Both the position numbers and the translations under genes were made by a program. Below, piece after piece: positions 42,965-53,103 of a stretch of 64,000 nt of DNA; position 1 is the first letter of the stretch, and each line of letters begins with the position of its first letter. Source of the DNA: Nitrososphaeraceae archaeon (lineage in GTDB: Archaea; Thermoproteota; Nitrososphaeria; Nitrososphaerales; Nitrososphaeraceae). The stretch spans positions 20,835 to 84,834 of the forward strand of contig DATFEP010000025.1 of assembly GCA_035250975.1 (NCBI GenBank), in the 5' to 3' direction. Below the pieces are notes generated by a model that was not told where the DNA came from, made no database searches, and saw only the letters and a program-made list of their open reading frames with translations.

Positions 42965-44030
42965 GTAGTCAAGTTGGCAGCCTTTCGAGTCTACAAATTG
43001 GTTACATTATTAAACGAGATTCTATATTATATGTCTGTCGTTAGCGCAGCGGCTAAGTTGCGCCAATATATCCCCACGTTATGCAATATATCGGCGAGTA
43101 TTAAATACGAGTCGGTAGTACCCAAAACAGATAGTAAATATGATGACAAGCAATAATAACAGAAAGTTAAATTGATCTATTACACCATCCGATAATATAT
43201 CGACTAGTATTAGACCTATTAAAAATAATAAGGTTTACATAGAATAGGAACTTATAGTGCCGTGGTTGAATGCATATTGTCTAGGTGTTTCCAATATATG
43301 ATATATATATTAATGCTTATTTATTCGCTGCTCCTGTAATATACATGCTATATTATTAGTTTCTATATTATACATGTATAGTATTTGTATATAGTTGGGA
43401 TAGGTATTGAAGCGACCTATCCCACACAGGTAAAAGAGGTTTGGTCTTTTATATGCAGTATATGAAACCACACTCGAAAGGTGAATACTGCCAGAAAAAT
43501 ATTAGCAATACCAAAAGATAAATGAATTATAAAGTTATATGGATTATGTATATTAGAGTAAATTATACATGATTGATTAATGTATGTATGCTAATATGTA
43601 TGTATGATATATGGTACAAACTGGTCAAACGTAGCTAACGCCAATATATCCATATCATCTAGTATACTTGTATACTAAAGTTGGTTTTTTGAATCTATTA
43701 TATTTTTAGTAAAGGGCGATTTATACGTATATTTTCGCCCCTGTCTAATGCTGTATAGGTATGATTAATGTGTTAGTATATTATTGGTATAATATGGCGT
43801 AAAATGATTGTATAAATGTGTGGTAATTTTTGGTATTATCCACGTGATATTTACAACTGTAATACGTATACTAATGTAGTGTGTTTTACTATGTGTACTT
43901 CCTCATTTACATATTTCATGAAATAGGGTTGTTTACCTATTAGTATACATTGATGTAAATCTATATTTCCGTTTTGTGAATATTTGTATATTTTAAATAT
44001 TGGTTTAGATACTGGTTTTTTATCTTCTTT
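42965..44030 (+). ncRNA. Candidate large structured non-coding RNA / unknown non-coding element (strand inferred)
   Basis: No credible ORF; many local and long-range complementary segments; duplicated CGCCAATATATCC; TATA-like run at ~42931-42947 and T-tracts at 44016-44035. Confidence 0.45.
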
Positions 44031-44585
44031 TTTTTAGTTTGACTTCATCAAATGTTCTTGAATTATTCCATATGTGAAAGAAATAATCAATACACAAGTC
44101 ATGAGACCACCCTTCATCTGAAGACTTATTATTGCAGAAACTGAAATTGGCCTGACCTCTTAGCTTAGGAAACATTATCATAGCCTGATTTTCAGTAACT
44201 ACCAGTGCTATATATGCACTGTTGACCATTCTTCTTTCACCTTTCCCTTTTTGTATTAGATCTTTATTCCTTCCTTTTCAAGAAATTCTTCACTTTGCTT
44301 TGGTATTAATGCATCGACTGGGAGAATATGCTTGAACCTTATTCCACGATCTTTTACTAGTGGTATGGCTATATGTATTAACTCTAATGGAACCTGAGGT
44401 AGTATGCTGTAAATATATTCTTGAGAGTTACCATACATCCTTTTTATATGCTCTATTATTGCTACAAATCCAGTAATAAGACTATATGCCTCTAATTCTC
44501 CTATCCTGTGAATAAATTTTATTGGAATATCATGGAAGTCATGTTGTGAGAAATATTTTTGATGTTTTGAGAGAAAATTGATTCA
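44020..44585 (-). pseudogene. Truncated, frameshifted DUF1724-type transcription regulator C-terminal domain
   Basis: YFSQHDFHDIPIKFIHRIGEL continues into the 44256-44438 ORF and then the 44020-44229 ORF; no N-terminal HTH. Confidence 0.65.
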
Positions 44586-44634
44586 TTCATGATAATTTTT
44601 AAATTCATGTTTTGTGGTATAAAGAATTGATCAC

Positions 44635-45222
44635 ATGGTATCGGGAAAATATTTCAACAGAGGAGTTAAAGCATTAGATTCACCAGATATTGGACGTGTT
44701 GTAAGAGAAACGCCTGATAAAATAGTAGTTTTTGGCGAGAAAAATACAAGGTATGATATACCAATCTCTGAGATTAATCAAGTGGGCGCAAATGTGCTTA
44801 TCAATCTTAATCTGGCAGAGATCGAAGAAAAATACAGTGTAAATCGTGAAGACCCACTTCCAACTAGCCGTAAAGATCCTTGGGGGTCAGCAGATAATCA
44901 AGTAGATTTAGGCTCATATGAAGGCAGGTATCCAAATTCTTTATTTAATAAAGGTGTAAGAACCGCAGATGAAGATTATGTAGGACATGTTATGAAAGAA
45001 ACTACTGATAAAATCGTAGTTTTCGGAATAGGAAACGATAGATTCGATATTCCCAAATCTGAAATAATAGCGGTAGGAAGAAATGTTATTGTTAAAAAGA
45101 ATTTTCCAGAATTGGATGTCTACAAGGTGGATAGGAATTCGCCATTGCCAACTGGAGAACCCATAGAAAAATTGAATGAGGAAGCATATCCAGAATATTA
45201 TCATGGACCCAGAGATACTTAA
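44635..45222 (+). CDS. Protein with two tandem PRC-barrel-like repeats
   Basis: Two copies of FNxGV...GxV..ET.DKIVVFG...R.DIP.SEI..VG.NV...R..PLPT. Confidence 0.8.
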   Translation: MVSGKYFNRGVKALDSPDIGRVVRETPDKIVVFGEKNTRYDIPISEINQVGANVLINLNLAEIEEKYSVNREDPLPTSRKDPWGSADNQVDLGSYEGRYPNSLFNKGVRTADEDYVGHVMKETTDKIVVFGIGNDRFDIPKSEIIAVGRNVIVKKNFPELDVYKVDRNSPLPTGEPIEKLNEEAYPEYYHGPRDT

Positions 45223-45414
45223 AAGTGAATCTGACGTATTTTGTAAAAATATAATCTGAACTGTTTATTGATTCATTTATTTCCTTGGTAAACAGCTTTA
45301 TTTTTTTGGCTTGAAAATTGCTTTATTCATTCTAATTTTTAGAAATTTTTAAATTGACTCTGCTAATTCATGGCAATATACTTCGCAAAGAATTTTGTGA
45401 ATCGTATTCATAGG

Positions 45415-45897
45415 TTAATTGAATAGTTTTTCCTTTCTAGCCATCATATTTGCTATAATCACATAAAAAATCCAAGCAAATAACGTTGTAATTATTGAGA
45501 TTATAAAAGGATCTAAAATAATGAAATCAAAAATTAAGTATGTTGAAACAAATTTAGCGAAAAGATAAGATATCTCTGCGAACCCAATTACAGTAATTAT
45601 TTTTCCAAAACCGTATCTTAATTTCTGTATATTTTTTCTACCAACAAAATTTTTACATATACCGATATTGTCTAGAAAATATAAAATTATAAATGAAGCA
45701 TTATAAATTGCAAAGTCTGCTGTCAAAGAAACTGATGATATCAACATATAATTTGTAGTAAATACAAGGGCAGCCTGATTTACTATGAAAATATCTGCTA
45801 TTGCAGTTATTATTGCTGCTAGAAAGATGTTTTTGTTAAAGAGAATTATATATTCATGTTTCTTGTAAAAATTTTTAATTGAGTAATCATCCATCAA
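45415..45897 (-). CDS. Four-TM membrane protein (GtrA-like)
   Basis: Four hydrophobic segments in 160 aa. Confidence 0.65.
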   Translation of the reverse strand: MMDDYSIKNFYKKHEYIILFNKNIFLAAIITAIADIFIVNQAALVFTTNYMLISSVSLTADFAIYNASFIILYFLDNIGICKNFVGRKNIQKLRYGFGKIITVIGFAEISYLFAKFVSTYLIFDFIILDPFIISIITTLFAWIFYVIIANMMARKEKLFN

Positions 45898-46002
45898 AGT
45901 TCATCTCTAACACCGTTTATAAATATATCTTAAAATCAGAATCACCTTCATCAAGATCTAAGAAATTCTAAAATTACAGAAAGAGTATTTTTATATAATA
46001 TT

Positions 46003-46533
46003 ATGAAACCTGCAGTAAAAAAAGCAAAACCCATTACGTTTAGGATAGAAAACAAAATTTTAGAAACAATTAGAAAGGAAGGAGAAAGAGAACAACTAAC
46101 TACTAGTAATCTCATTAACAAAATTCTGAAAAGATATGTTGAATGGGATGTGTACGAACCTAAAGTGGGCATGATGCCGATTCCAAAAGTTCTGTTAGAG
46201 AAACTTTTTGAGGGTCGAACTAAAGAAGAAGTTGTTGAGTTAGCTACTAAAGTCGGGAGATATGAACTGGAAGATGCTTCTTTATTTATGAATAAAAAGA
46301 ATAATTGGGAATCATTTCTGAGATGGTTTGAAAAGAGAATGCAAAATACATCCATTGAAATTAACGATAGAAAAGACAACAAAAAACATACTTTCATAAT
46401 AAAACACAATATAGGCGAGAATTGGTCACTTTATCATAAAACGATTTTTGAATTACTTGCTAAAGAAAATTATAAAAAACCTGTGGAAATCAGATATAAT
46501 AATCGAATCATTTCAATTGAATTTTGTGAGTAA
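46003..46533 (+). CDS. RHH-domain regulator-like protein, paralogue 1
   Basis: ITFRIE...LINKILKRYVEWD; C-terminal IKHNIGENWSLYHK. Confidence 0.75.
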   Translation: MKPAVKKAKPITFRIENKILETIRKEGEREQLTTSNLINKILKRYVEWDVYEPKVGMMPIPKVLLEKLFEGRTKEEVVELATKVGRYELEDASLFMNKKNNWESFLRWFEKRMQNTSIEINDRKDNKKHTFIIKHNIGENWSLYHKTIFELLAKENYKKPVEIRYNNRIISIEFCE

Positions 46534-46625
46534 ATTTGTATAATAATGTAGACTAAGCCTTTGAGTGATAATATCTATATAACAGTTAATTATTTATCTT
46601 TTATTGTGCGAGTAGTATCGTTGAG

Positions 46626-47168
46626 ATGACGGATCGTTCTCCACAAATTCACACAAAAACAAGTACATTTACTTTAAGAATAGATGATGAAACATTTACA
46701 TTTCTACAGACAGAATCAGATTCTCAAGATATAACATTAAATGCCCTCATTAATAAAATCCTAAAAAGATATGTAGAATGGGATACATATGAGCCTAAAA
46801 TAGATATGATACCAATGGCCAAGGCAGTAATAAAGAGTTTATTTAATCTGATGTCGGAAGATGAAATATCTTATTTAGTAGCCAATTTTGGAAAAAATAT
46901 CCTTCAAGACATTTCTTTTTTTATGAAAATGGGTTTAGATACTGATTCTTTTTTAATATGGTTTGAAAACAGAATGAAAAGATCTTTTGTAGAGTTTAAC
47001 AGTGCTCAAGAAAATGATCAGTTTAAATGTGTCCTAAAACATGATATGGGGTTAAATTGGTCAATATATCATAAAAAAATTTTAGAACAAATTTTTAATA
47101 ATGTATTTAATAAACGAATAGATATAGAAATATCCGAATTTATATTAACATTTAAATTTCAAAAATAA
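46626..47168 (+). CDS. RHH-domain regulator-like protein, paralogue 2
   Basis: FTLRID...LINKILKRYVEWD; LKHDMGLNWSIYHK. Confidence 0.75.
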   Translation: MTDRSPQIHTKTSTFTLRIDDETFTFLQTESDSQDITLNALINKILKRYVEWDTYEPKIDMIPMAKAVIKSLFNLMSEDEISYLVANFGKNILQDISFFMKMGLDTDSFLIWFENRMKRSFVEFNSAQENDQFKCVLKHDMGLNWSIYHKKILEQIFNNVFNKRIDIEISEFILTFKFQK

Positions 47169-47714
47169 TAGTCTGAAATCCAATTTCAACTCTTTTGATT
47201 TAACATTATATATCAAAGCAATCTGATGTTATCTTAATTCTACGGAAGTTTGCTATATCGTCTGTACTGCAAAATATTAATTTTCAAGTTTTATTAAAGA
47301 TTTTTTACAGGAACTAATATTACATCAAATTTTGTTAGTCAGTATAATTCTTTTATAATCCTAACCACCTTTATTCTTTCATAGGTAGATATGCTTTTAT
47401 CATTAGAATTATTATCATATATATTATCGCTAATAGCTTGTCAGAATTTCTCGATTGTTTAAATAGTAACGTCGGTGACGATTTCTAAACTGTAATTTGA
47501 ATTAAATTGACGTATCCTATTGATTTTTCACTTATCCTCAACAAATCATCGTACCAATTAGATGGTAACAAGAAGTGGTAATTAGTTCCGATTTTTATGA
47601 TTTTACACACAAAGCTAATGCCTGTAATTACCTTGTAAACATCTAATTGCAATCAATTACAAAAAATACTTTAAAATTAAATAGCTTGTTTCTAAAATAT
47701 GAGTTAATAGTAAT

Positions 47715-48827
47715 ATGTTTAATTCACATAGATTGTTATTGACAGCCTATATTATTTCAATGATGGGTCTAAGTCAATCTTATTTAGCAAATTTGACAGA
47801 ATATGCTCATGCAGAATCAGAAAGTGAAGATAAATCTATTCATTTTTCTAATAATCTCCATGAGATAAAGATGGCTGCGATAGAATTGCCAGATGGACAT
47901 CAGGCATATAAGATGTTGGAATATAAGGTAATTGATAAACAAAATCGTACACAGGATATTACGTCCAGATACAGCGAACTTCCAACAATACCTGGGCCTA
48001 CCCTAGTCATGACAGAAGGTGATACAGCAAGATTGACCTTGGTTAATGATATAGGTCGTGGGTCAGTAAGTCTTCATACGCACGGTGTTCATTATGAGAT
48101 TACAAGTGATGGTACATTAAAAATGACTAACAGAGTTATAGATCAGGGTGCAACTCCTGGAAAATCTTATACTTATGTTTGGACTGCTGGAGATGGAACT
48201 AGAGGATCATGGCCTTGGCATGACCATACATTTGGAAAAGGTCCCACTGGAATAAATATGAATGGTGTAGAAACTAATGGACTCTTCTCTACGGTAATAG
48301 TTAATCCTGCCAATGGCAAATTCAATGCTTTGGTAAATGGAACGGTTGAAGAGGTGGATATACAAAATATAAAGAAAGATTTTGTTTTGTTTGTCACTGA
48401 TGACGCATTTTGGGGTGTAGAAATTGATAATAGCAATAACAAAAAACATACACCATTATGGGTAAATCCTACACTAGTAGCATCGAAAAATGATCTAGTT
48501 AGATTTCATATTCAATCAGTTGGTACCGATTTTCACCATTTTGTTCTTGATGGGTATAAATGGTTGAAGCCTGGAAGTAATCAAACAATCGGTCTGGAGA
48601 ATATAGGTCCACTAGAAAACCATGTATTTACTATTAGTGCTAACAAAAGTTCCTCTTATTACGATAAAATGCCTACACACCTACTTTCAGGCATGAAAGG
48701 AGAATTTCAAGTGGTTGCAGGTGATAATAATGCTACTGATACTTCTAGCATTCCAGGACCATCGCCAAAGTTGCAAGAAACTGGTAATAGTAATGGAGGA
48801 ATATCGTTTGTAGGAGGAGGTAATTGA
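47715..48827 (+). CDS. Secreted two-domain multicopper oxidase-like protein (domain-1 His ligands only)
   Basis: Signal peptide, IPGPTL, SLHTHG, WPWHDH; domain 2 ligand motifs degenerate. Confidence 0.85.
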   Translation: MFNSHRLLLTAYIISMMGLSQSYLANLTEYAHAESESEDKSIHFSNNLHEIKMAAIELPDGHQAYKMLEYKVIDKQNRTQDITSRYSELPTIPGPTLVMTEGDTARLTLVNDIGRGSVSLHTHGVHYEITSDGTLKMTNRVIDQGATPGKSYTYVWTAGDGTRGSWPWHDHTFGKGPTGINMNGVETNGLFSTVIVNPANGKFNALVNGTVEEVDIQNIKKDFVLFVTDDAFWGVEIDNSNNKKHTPLWVNPTLVASKNDLVRFHIQSVGTDFHHFVLDGYKWLKPGSNQTIGLENIGPLENHVFTISANKSSSYYDKMPTHLLSGMKGEFQVVAGDNNATDTSSIPGPSPKLQETGNSNGGISFVGGGN

Positions 48828-48831
48828 GGTA

Positions 48832-51705
48832 TTGATGAACAGAAATACAGATAAAAAGTTTGAGGTGAAATCTGCTGCAATGTTATCTAAGATCTTCCTA
48901 ACGGCATTTATAATAATTGTAATAATTAGTAGTCCCATTACAGCAAATCTTTCTTCTATTGGAATAGGTTATGCAGAACAACTACAAATATCGAAAAAAG
49001 ACAATAGTGATTCTGGAAAAATAAATAAAGAATTAATAAAAGATAACAAAAAAGGAGTTTTCTACACTTTAACATCTTTATCTTTATCGTATGAAGGTAA
49101 TGCTCCTCCCCTATCGACAACAAGTAATAGTATGCACGAGATTGAGATGGTAGTTTTGACTTTACCATCTGGACTGCCAGCCTATAAAATGATGAGCCAT
49201 GTTAAAAGCAATGGTCTTACCTCTTTAGATGTTGCTAGCAATGAAAACAGTATAGATCTCACGCCTCAATACAGTAAGCTAGCTACTATTCCAGGTCCAA
49301 CACTGGTTGTCAATGAAGGTGACAAGGTGAAGGTAAACATCAAAGATAAAGATGGCAACCCTCTAAGTAATGAGGAATTTTTAGCATCTCAACCAGGAAC
49401 TTTTCTATATAAAGATGATAGTAAAGATGGAGAGAATGGTCTATATGGTGCTGTAATTGTGAATCCTGAGAATAATCTTACAAAAGCACTGATAAAAGGC
49501 AATATTCAAGAATTGCCCCTTAGTAACATAGATAAAGAAATAATCTTGTTCATGGTCGGCTCCACTTTTTGGGGTATGGAAATTGACAATAAAAACAATT
49601 ACATACAGAATCCATTATGGACAAATCCAAATATAGCCGGGATAATGGACCAGAAATTACGTTTCCATATTTTAGGAGTAGGGCATTCAGGAAATCCAAC
49701 AGGACATCAGCATACGTTCCATCTACATGCACATAGATGGGTAGACCCTGGAACAAACAATATCATTGACGTCAAGCAAATAATCCCAGGTAAAACTCAT
49801 TCTTTTGTAATTGACGTAGGAGAGGGAGTAGGACCAGGTCAGTGGCAATATCATTGTCATGTATTTGCACATATGGAAGCCGGAATGATGGGTGGATTTA
49901 AGGTAGTATCAGGAGATCCAGCATTAAATATAACAAGCGAACCCGGTGCCTCACCCTACAACGAATTTGCAGCGTTTGAACTTACTGACCAGCCCGCTAA
50001 ATGGTTTACCAACCTTGCTGGGGATATAACAAATACGGGAACAGACTCTCTTGCAGTTATTAACAAGACAGGCAGCGTCAATTTCATGATGTCAGATGTC
50101 AGCGGTGTACATACGGTTACAAGTTTTGTCTACCCCAAAGGTGCTATGAACATGCCATTTGACGAAGTTACAGCCTATGCAGGTGGAGGATTAGTAAAAC
50201 TTGACAATGCAGGACTCTATGTATTTGGTTGTAAATTACATCCATTTATGATGGGGGCAGTGATAGCTGATGACCCTTCTACTGATGGCCTAGACCTAGG
50301 CGACGAAATAACATTGATAAACGGTATTACAGTACCAACAAGCAGTGACCTTGCGACAAGACTCTTAAAGACATTCTTTACGATTACTGCTGCAAATAAT
50401 TGGCAAGATTATAATTCATCATCAGGGAAACCATGGTATATTTCTTATCCTGACTTAGACGTAAGGATAACCAATGGGACAGTCGTGAACCTAAAAGACA
50501 CTCTAGAAACTAGATACGGCCAGAATTTGACGTTGGATAAGTTAAAGAATCCACATATTCCAGGAGTAGGAGAAGTTTGGATAGATACTCAATTTGAAAA
50601 GACAGCAAGCAAGACAAAACCAGGTACTGCCAGTGCGGTGAATGCCACTACGTGGGAGATAACAAAAAAAGTAGCTCTGCCAGAGATAAATATGAACAAC
50701 CCTCATAACATGTGGACCGATAAGGATCAAAAATTGATTTATGCGACCCAATGGTTTGATAACAAGACATCCATATTTGACAGAAACACGGGAAAACTTG
50801 TCAAAAATATTCAGGTAGGAGATGATCCCTCACATGTAATGACAAGTACGAAAACGGATGAACTTATGATAGTATTGCATGGAGAACAAGGAGTTGCTGT
50901 ACTTGGTCCAAAAGGTGAATCAATAAAAAAAGTTATACCTATGCAATTTCCTGGCCAAGATCCATCTCATCCACATGGACATTGGATGAGTGCAGATGAT
51001 CGTTACATGGTAACACCAGACGAGTTCACCGGAACTGCAACGATATATAACATGATGGAGGACAAAATTGTTGGAAAGGTAAAGACAGGTCATAGTCCTA
51101 TTGCTGTAGGTATGACCCCAGATGGAAGCAAGTCATATATAGCAGACTTCTTTGATAGTACCGTAAGTGTAGTAGATACTGCTAATGGTACATTAATCAA
51201 AAAAATAAATCTACTGGAAAATTATGATGCTATTTCTGGAAAAGTTAGTGGACCAATAGGTTTCCTACCTATACAAACTCCAGTTAGTCCAGATGGACAA
51301 TACATCGTGACAGCTAATACAGGCAGTGCTACAATAACAATCATTGATACAGAAACCAATGAATTGGTCAAGGAATTACCGTGCAGTGCAGGATGTCATG
51401 GAGTAAACTTTGGTGCAAAGAAGGACGGTGGCTATTATGCATATGTTACTAGTTCATTTTCAAATGATCTGGTGATCGTAGATGGAGATCCCAACAATGA
51501 TGGTGATCCAATGGATGCAGAATTAGCAGGACGAATTAGTTTAGTAGGTTCTCCAGAAACTCAGGTAGACGACAAAGTTAAGGCATTAGCAGGCACAGGA
51601 GGAATGGGTGTATTGCCTATACCAATCATTTACAATGGGTGGGTTCAAAATCTCCCGGAGGAATGGAAAACTAAACTAACAGAGGAACAGCAAAATCCAT
51701 CCTAA
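48832..51705 (+). CDS. Multicopper oxidase + cupredoxin + YVTN-type beta-propeller fusion
   Basis: HTFHLHAH, YHCHVFAHMEAGM; second T1 site H...CKLHPFM; TVSVVD/TITIID propeller repeats. Confidence 0.88.
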   Translation: MMNRNTDKKFEVKSAAMLSKIFLTAFIIIVIISSPITANLSSIGIGYAEQLQISKKDNSDSGKINKELIKDNKKGVFYTLTSLSLSYEGNAPPLSTTSNSMHEIEMVVLTLPSGLPAYKMMSHVKSNGLTSLDVASNENSIDLTPQYSKLATIPGPTLVVNEGDKVKVNIKDKDGNPLSNEEFLASQPGTFLYKDDSKDGENGLYGAVIVNPENNLTKALIKGNIQELPLSNIDKEIILFMVGSTFWGMEIDNKNNYIQNPLWTNPNIAGIMDQKLRFHILGVGHSGNPTGHQHTFHLHAHRWVDPGTNNIIDVKQIIPGKTHSFVIDVGEGVGPGQWQYHCHVFAHMEAGMMGGFKVVSGDPALNITSEPGASPYNEFAAFELTDQPAKWFTNLAGDITNTGTDSLAVINKTGSVNFMMSDVSGVHTVTSFVYPKGAMNMPFDEVTAYAGGGLVKLDNAGLYVFGCKLHPFMMGAVIADDPSTDGLDLGDEITLINGITVPTSSDLATRLLKTFFTITAANNWQDYNSSSGKPWYISYPDLDVRITNGTVVNLKDTLETRYGQNLTLDKLKNPHIPGVGEVWIDTQFEKTASKTKPGTASAVNATTWEITKKVALPEINMNNPHNMWTDKDQKLIYATQWFDNKTSIFDRNTGKLVKNIQVGDDPSHVMTSTKTDELMIVLHGEQGVAVLGPKGESIKKVIPMQFPGQDPSHPHGHWMSADDRYMVTPDEFTGTATIYNMMEDKIVGKVKTGHSPIAVGMTPDGSKSYIADFFDSTVSVVDTANGTLIKKINLLENYDAISGKVSGPIGFLPIQTPVSPDGQYIVTANTGSATITIIDTETNELVKELPCSAGCHGVNFGAKKDGGYYAYVTSSFSNDLVIVDGDPNNDGDPMDAELAGRISLVGSPETQVDDKVKALAGTGGMGVLPIPIIYNGWVQNLPEEWKTKLTEEQQNPS

Positions 51706-53103
51706 TTTTTTTGTTGACTACTAATAATATTTTTTCGTTGTCATTGGGACAATTATAAAATGAATTGATTTAATACGCGAGTAAGCTTGATATATATTTT
51801 AAACAAAAAAAGTTAAATTGTTACTGGTTTTTGAACAATTATTTCTAGCTCAACCGCATATATTAGTATTTTAAATAATTGCATTAATTGCTAATTTTTA
51901 TGATAATGATGTCATTTCAGTATAAAATATGATCCTTCAGTATTTTTCCTGAAAAGGTTATTTATTCACGGAGTAATAAAACAAGAATATGAAAAGAAAT
52001 ACTTTAATTGGATCAAATTGCGAAAAATTCGGAAACGAACAATGTTCCTATGGATATTGTTGTAATGATGGATAAGTTATATAAATTTTCCTCAAAATAT
52101 TCATTTAATAGATGAATATAGCAAAACCTCTTATTAGAACAGATTAAATATAATTTAATATTTTATGAATCATGAATTATATGGTAACAATTAAGTTATG
52201 AATTTCTTATTTAACAAATATATTGTAGCTCTTCTTTTTGGAGATGTTCTTAATTCACTGCTTATTAATTATAGGTCATAGCGAGGTAACAGATTCACCA
52301 ATTACCATGTGTATCACCTTTTATCTGGTTGATCGTCTTGTTATTTTCACAAGTATTTAATCTTCTTACGTTCATAAGTAATATTTTACATTTACTATAA
52401 CCATTGATGCTACGGTATTTTTTTGTGTAGTTGTGTACCCTAACAGTCAGAGAGGACAATTTCCTACCTTCTTCTCTATTGGGAATATTTATTGGAAGAA
52501 ACTTGTTTTTGATGTCTAGTTGAATGAATCACTTTTACCTCTTACTTATGAATAGCCGTCCGAAATAGGTATGTCATCCTTTATAGTCATCTTTTTTAAG
52601 ATCCCTTTTTAATAACTTGAAATAAAGTTGTTTACCATCATCATGCATTACCTTTCGAGGTCTTTGATTTTCCTCTGTGTAGTAATTTAGTACACTGAAA
52701 ACATTCATCCTTCTCTTTTTATTTCAGATTCCTCACTCAATTTCTTCTCACATAATCATCATCGAAAAGAATACAATAATTTTTTTGATGTGACTTGAAT
52801 GAGTAGATTAGCCACTATATCGCCATCTGTTTCATTCTATTTTGGTTTTTTCAATGCAAATATTTTGTACTTATATTTTCTTATCCTGCATACTTAATAC
52901 CAGATTAGAAGTGTTACCTATCTCAATAAATGAAAATTTAATCTATATTAGAAAGTACAAGAAATAGAACAGGACATCTTCAGAATTTTTCGATATTCTG
53001 TGATTGATGCACTTTTGAGCAAGGTGAAGAGGATTTAGTCGTCTCTTAGGCACTAGTTATACTTTATATATATGTTTTAATACTATAAAAATAAAATTAA
53101 CAT

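Noticed and set aside
42974-43156. 60-aa TTG ORF within the non-coding element
   Set aside because: Minimal length, weak start, atypical composition; cannot be fully excluded as a leader peptide
43040-43425. Group I intron (GCGCAGC, CGACTAG, TATAGTG) or group II domain VI (ACCTATCCCA) resemblance
   Set aside because: P7 partner is TAGTG rather than TAGTC; no domain V or bulged A; no interrupted host gene; no hammerhead CTGANGA core seen
42965-44030. Chromosomal replication origin
   Set aside because: No orc1/cdc6 nearby and no ORB-type repeats with G-strings recognised
51710-53040. 1.3-kb ORF-free gap after the MCO genes, with a possible decayed minus-strand gene at ~52450-52770
   Set aside because: Ordinary homopolymer-rich texture, no pairing pattern or repeat noticed, and the fragment is not identifiable
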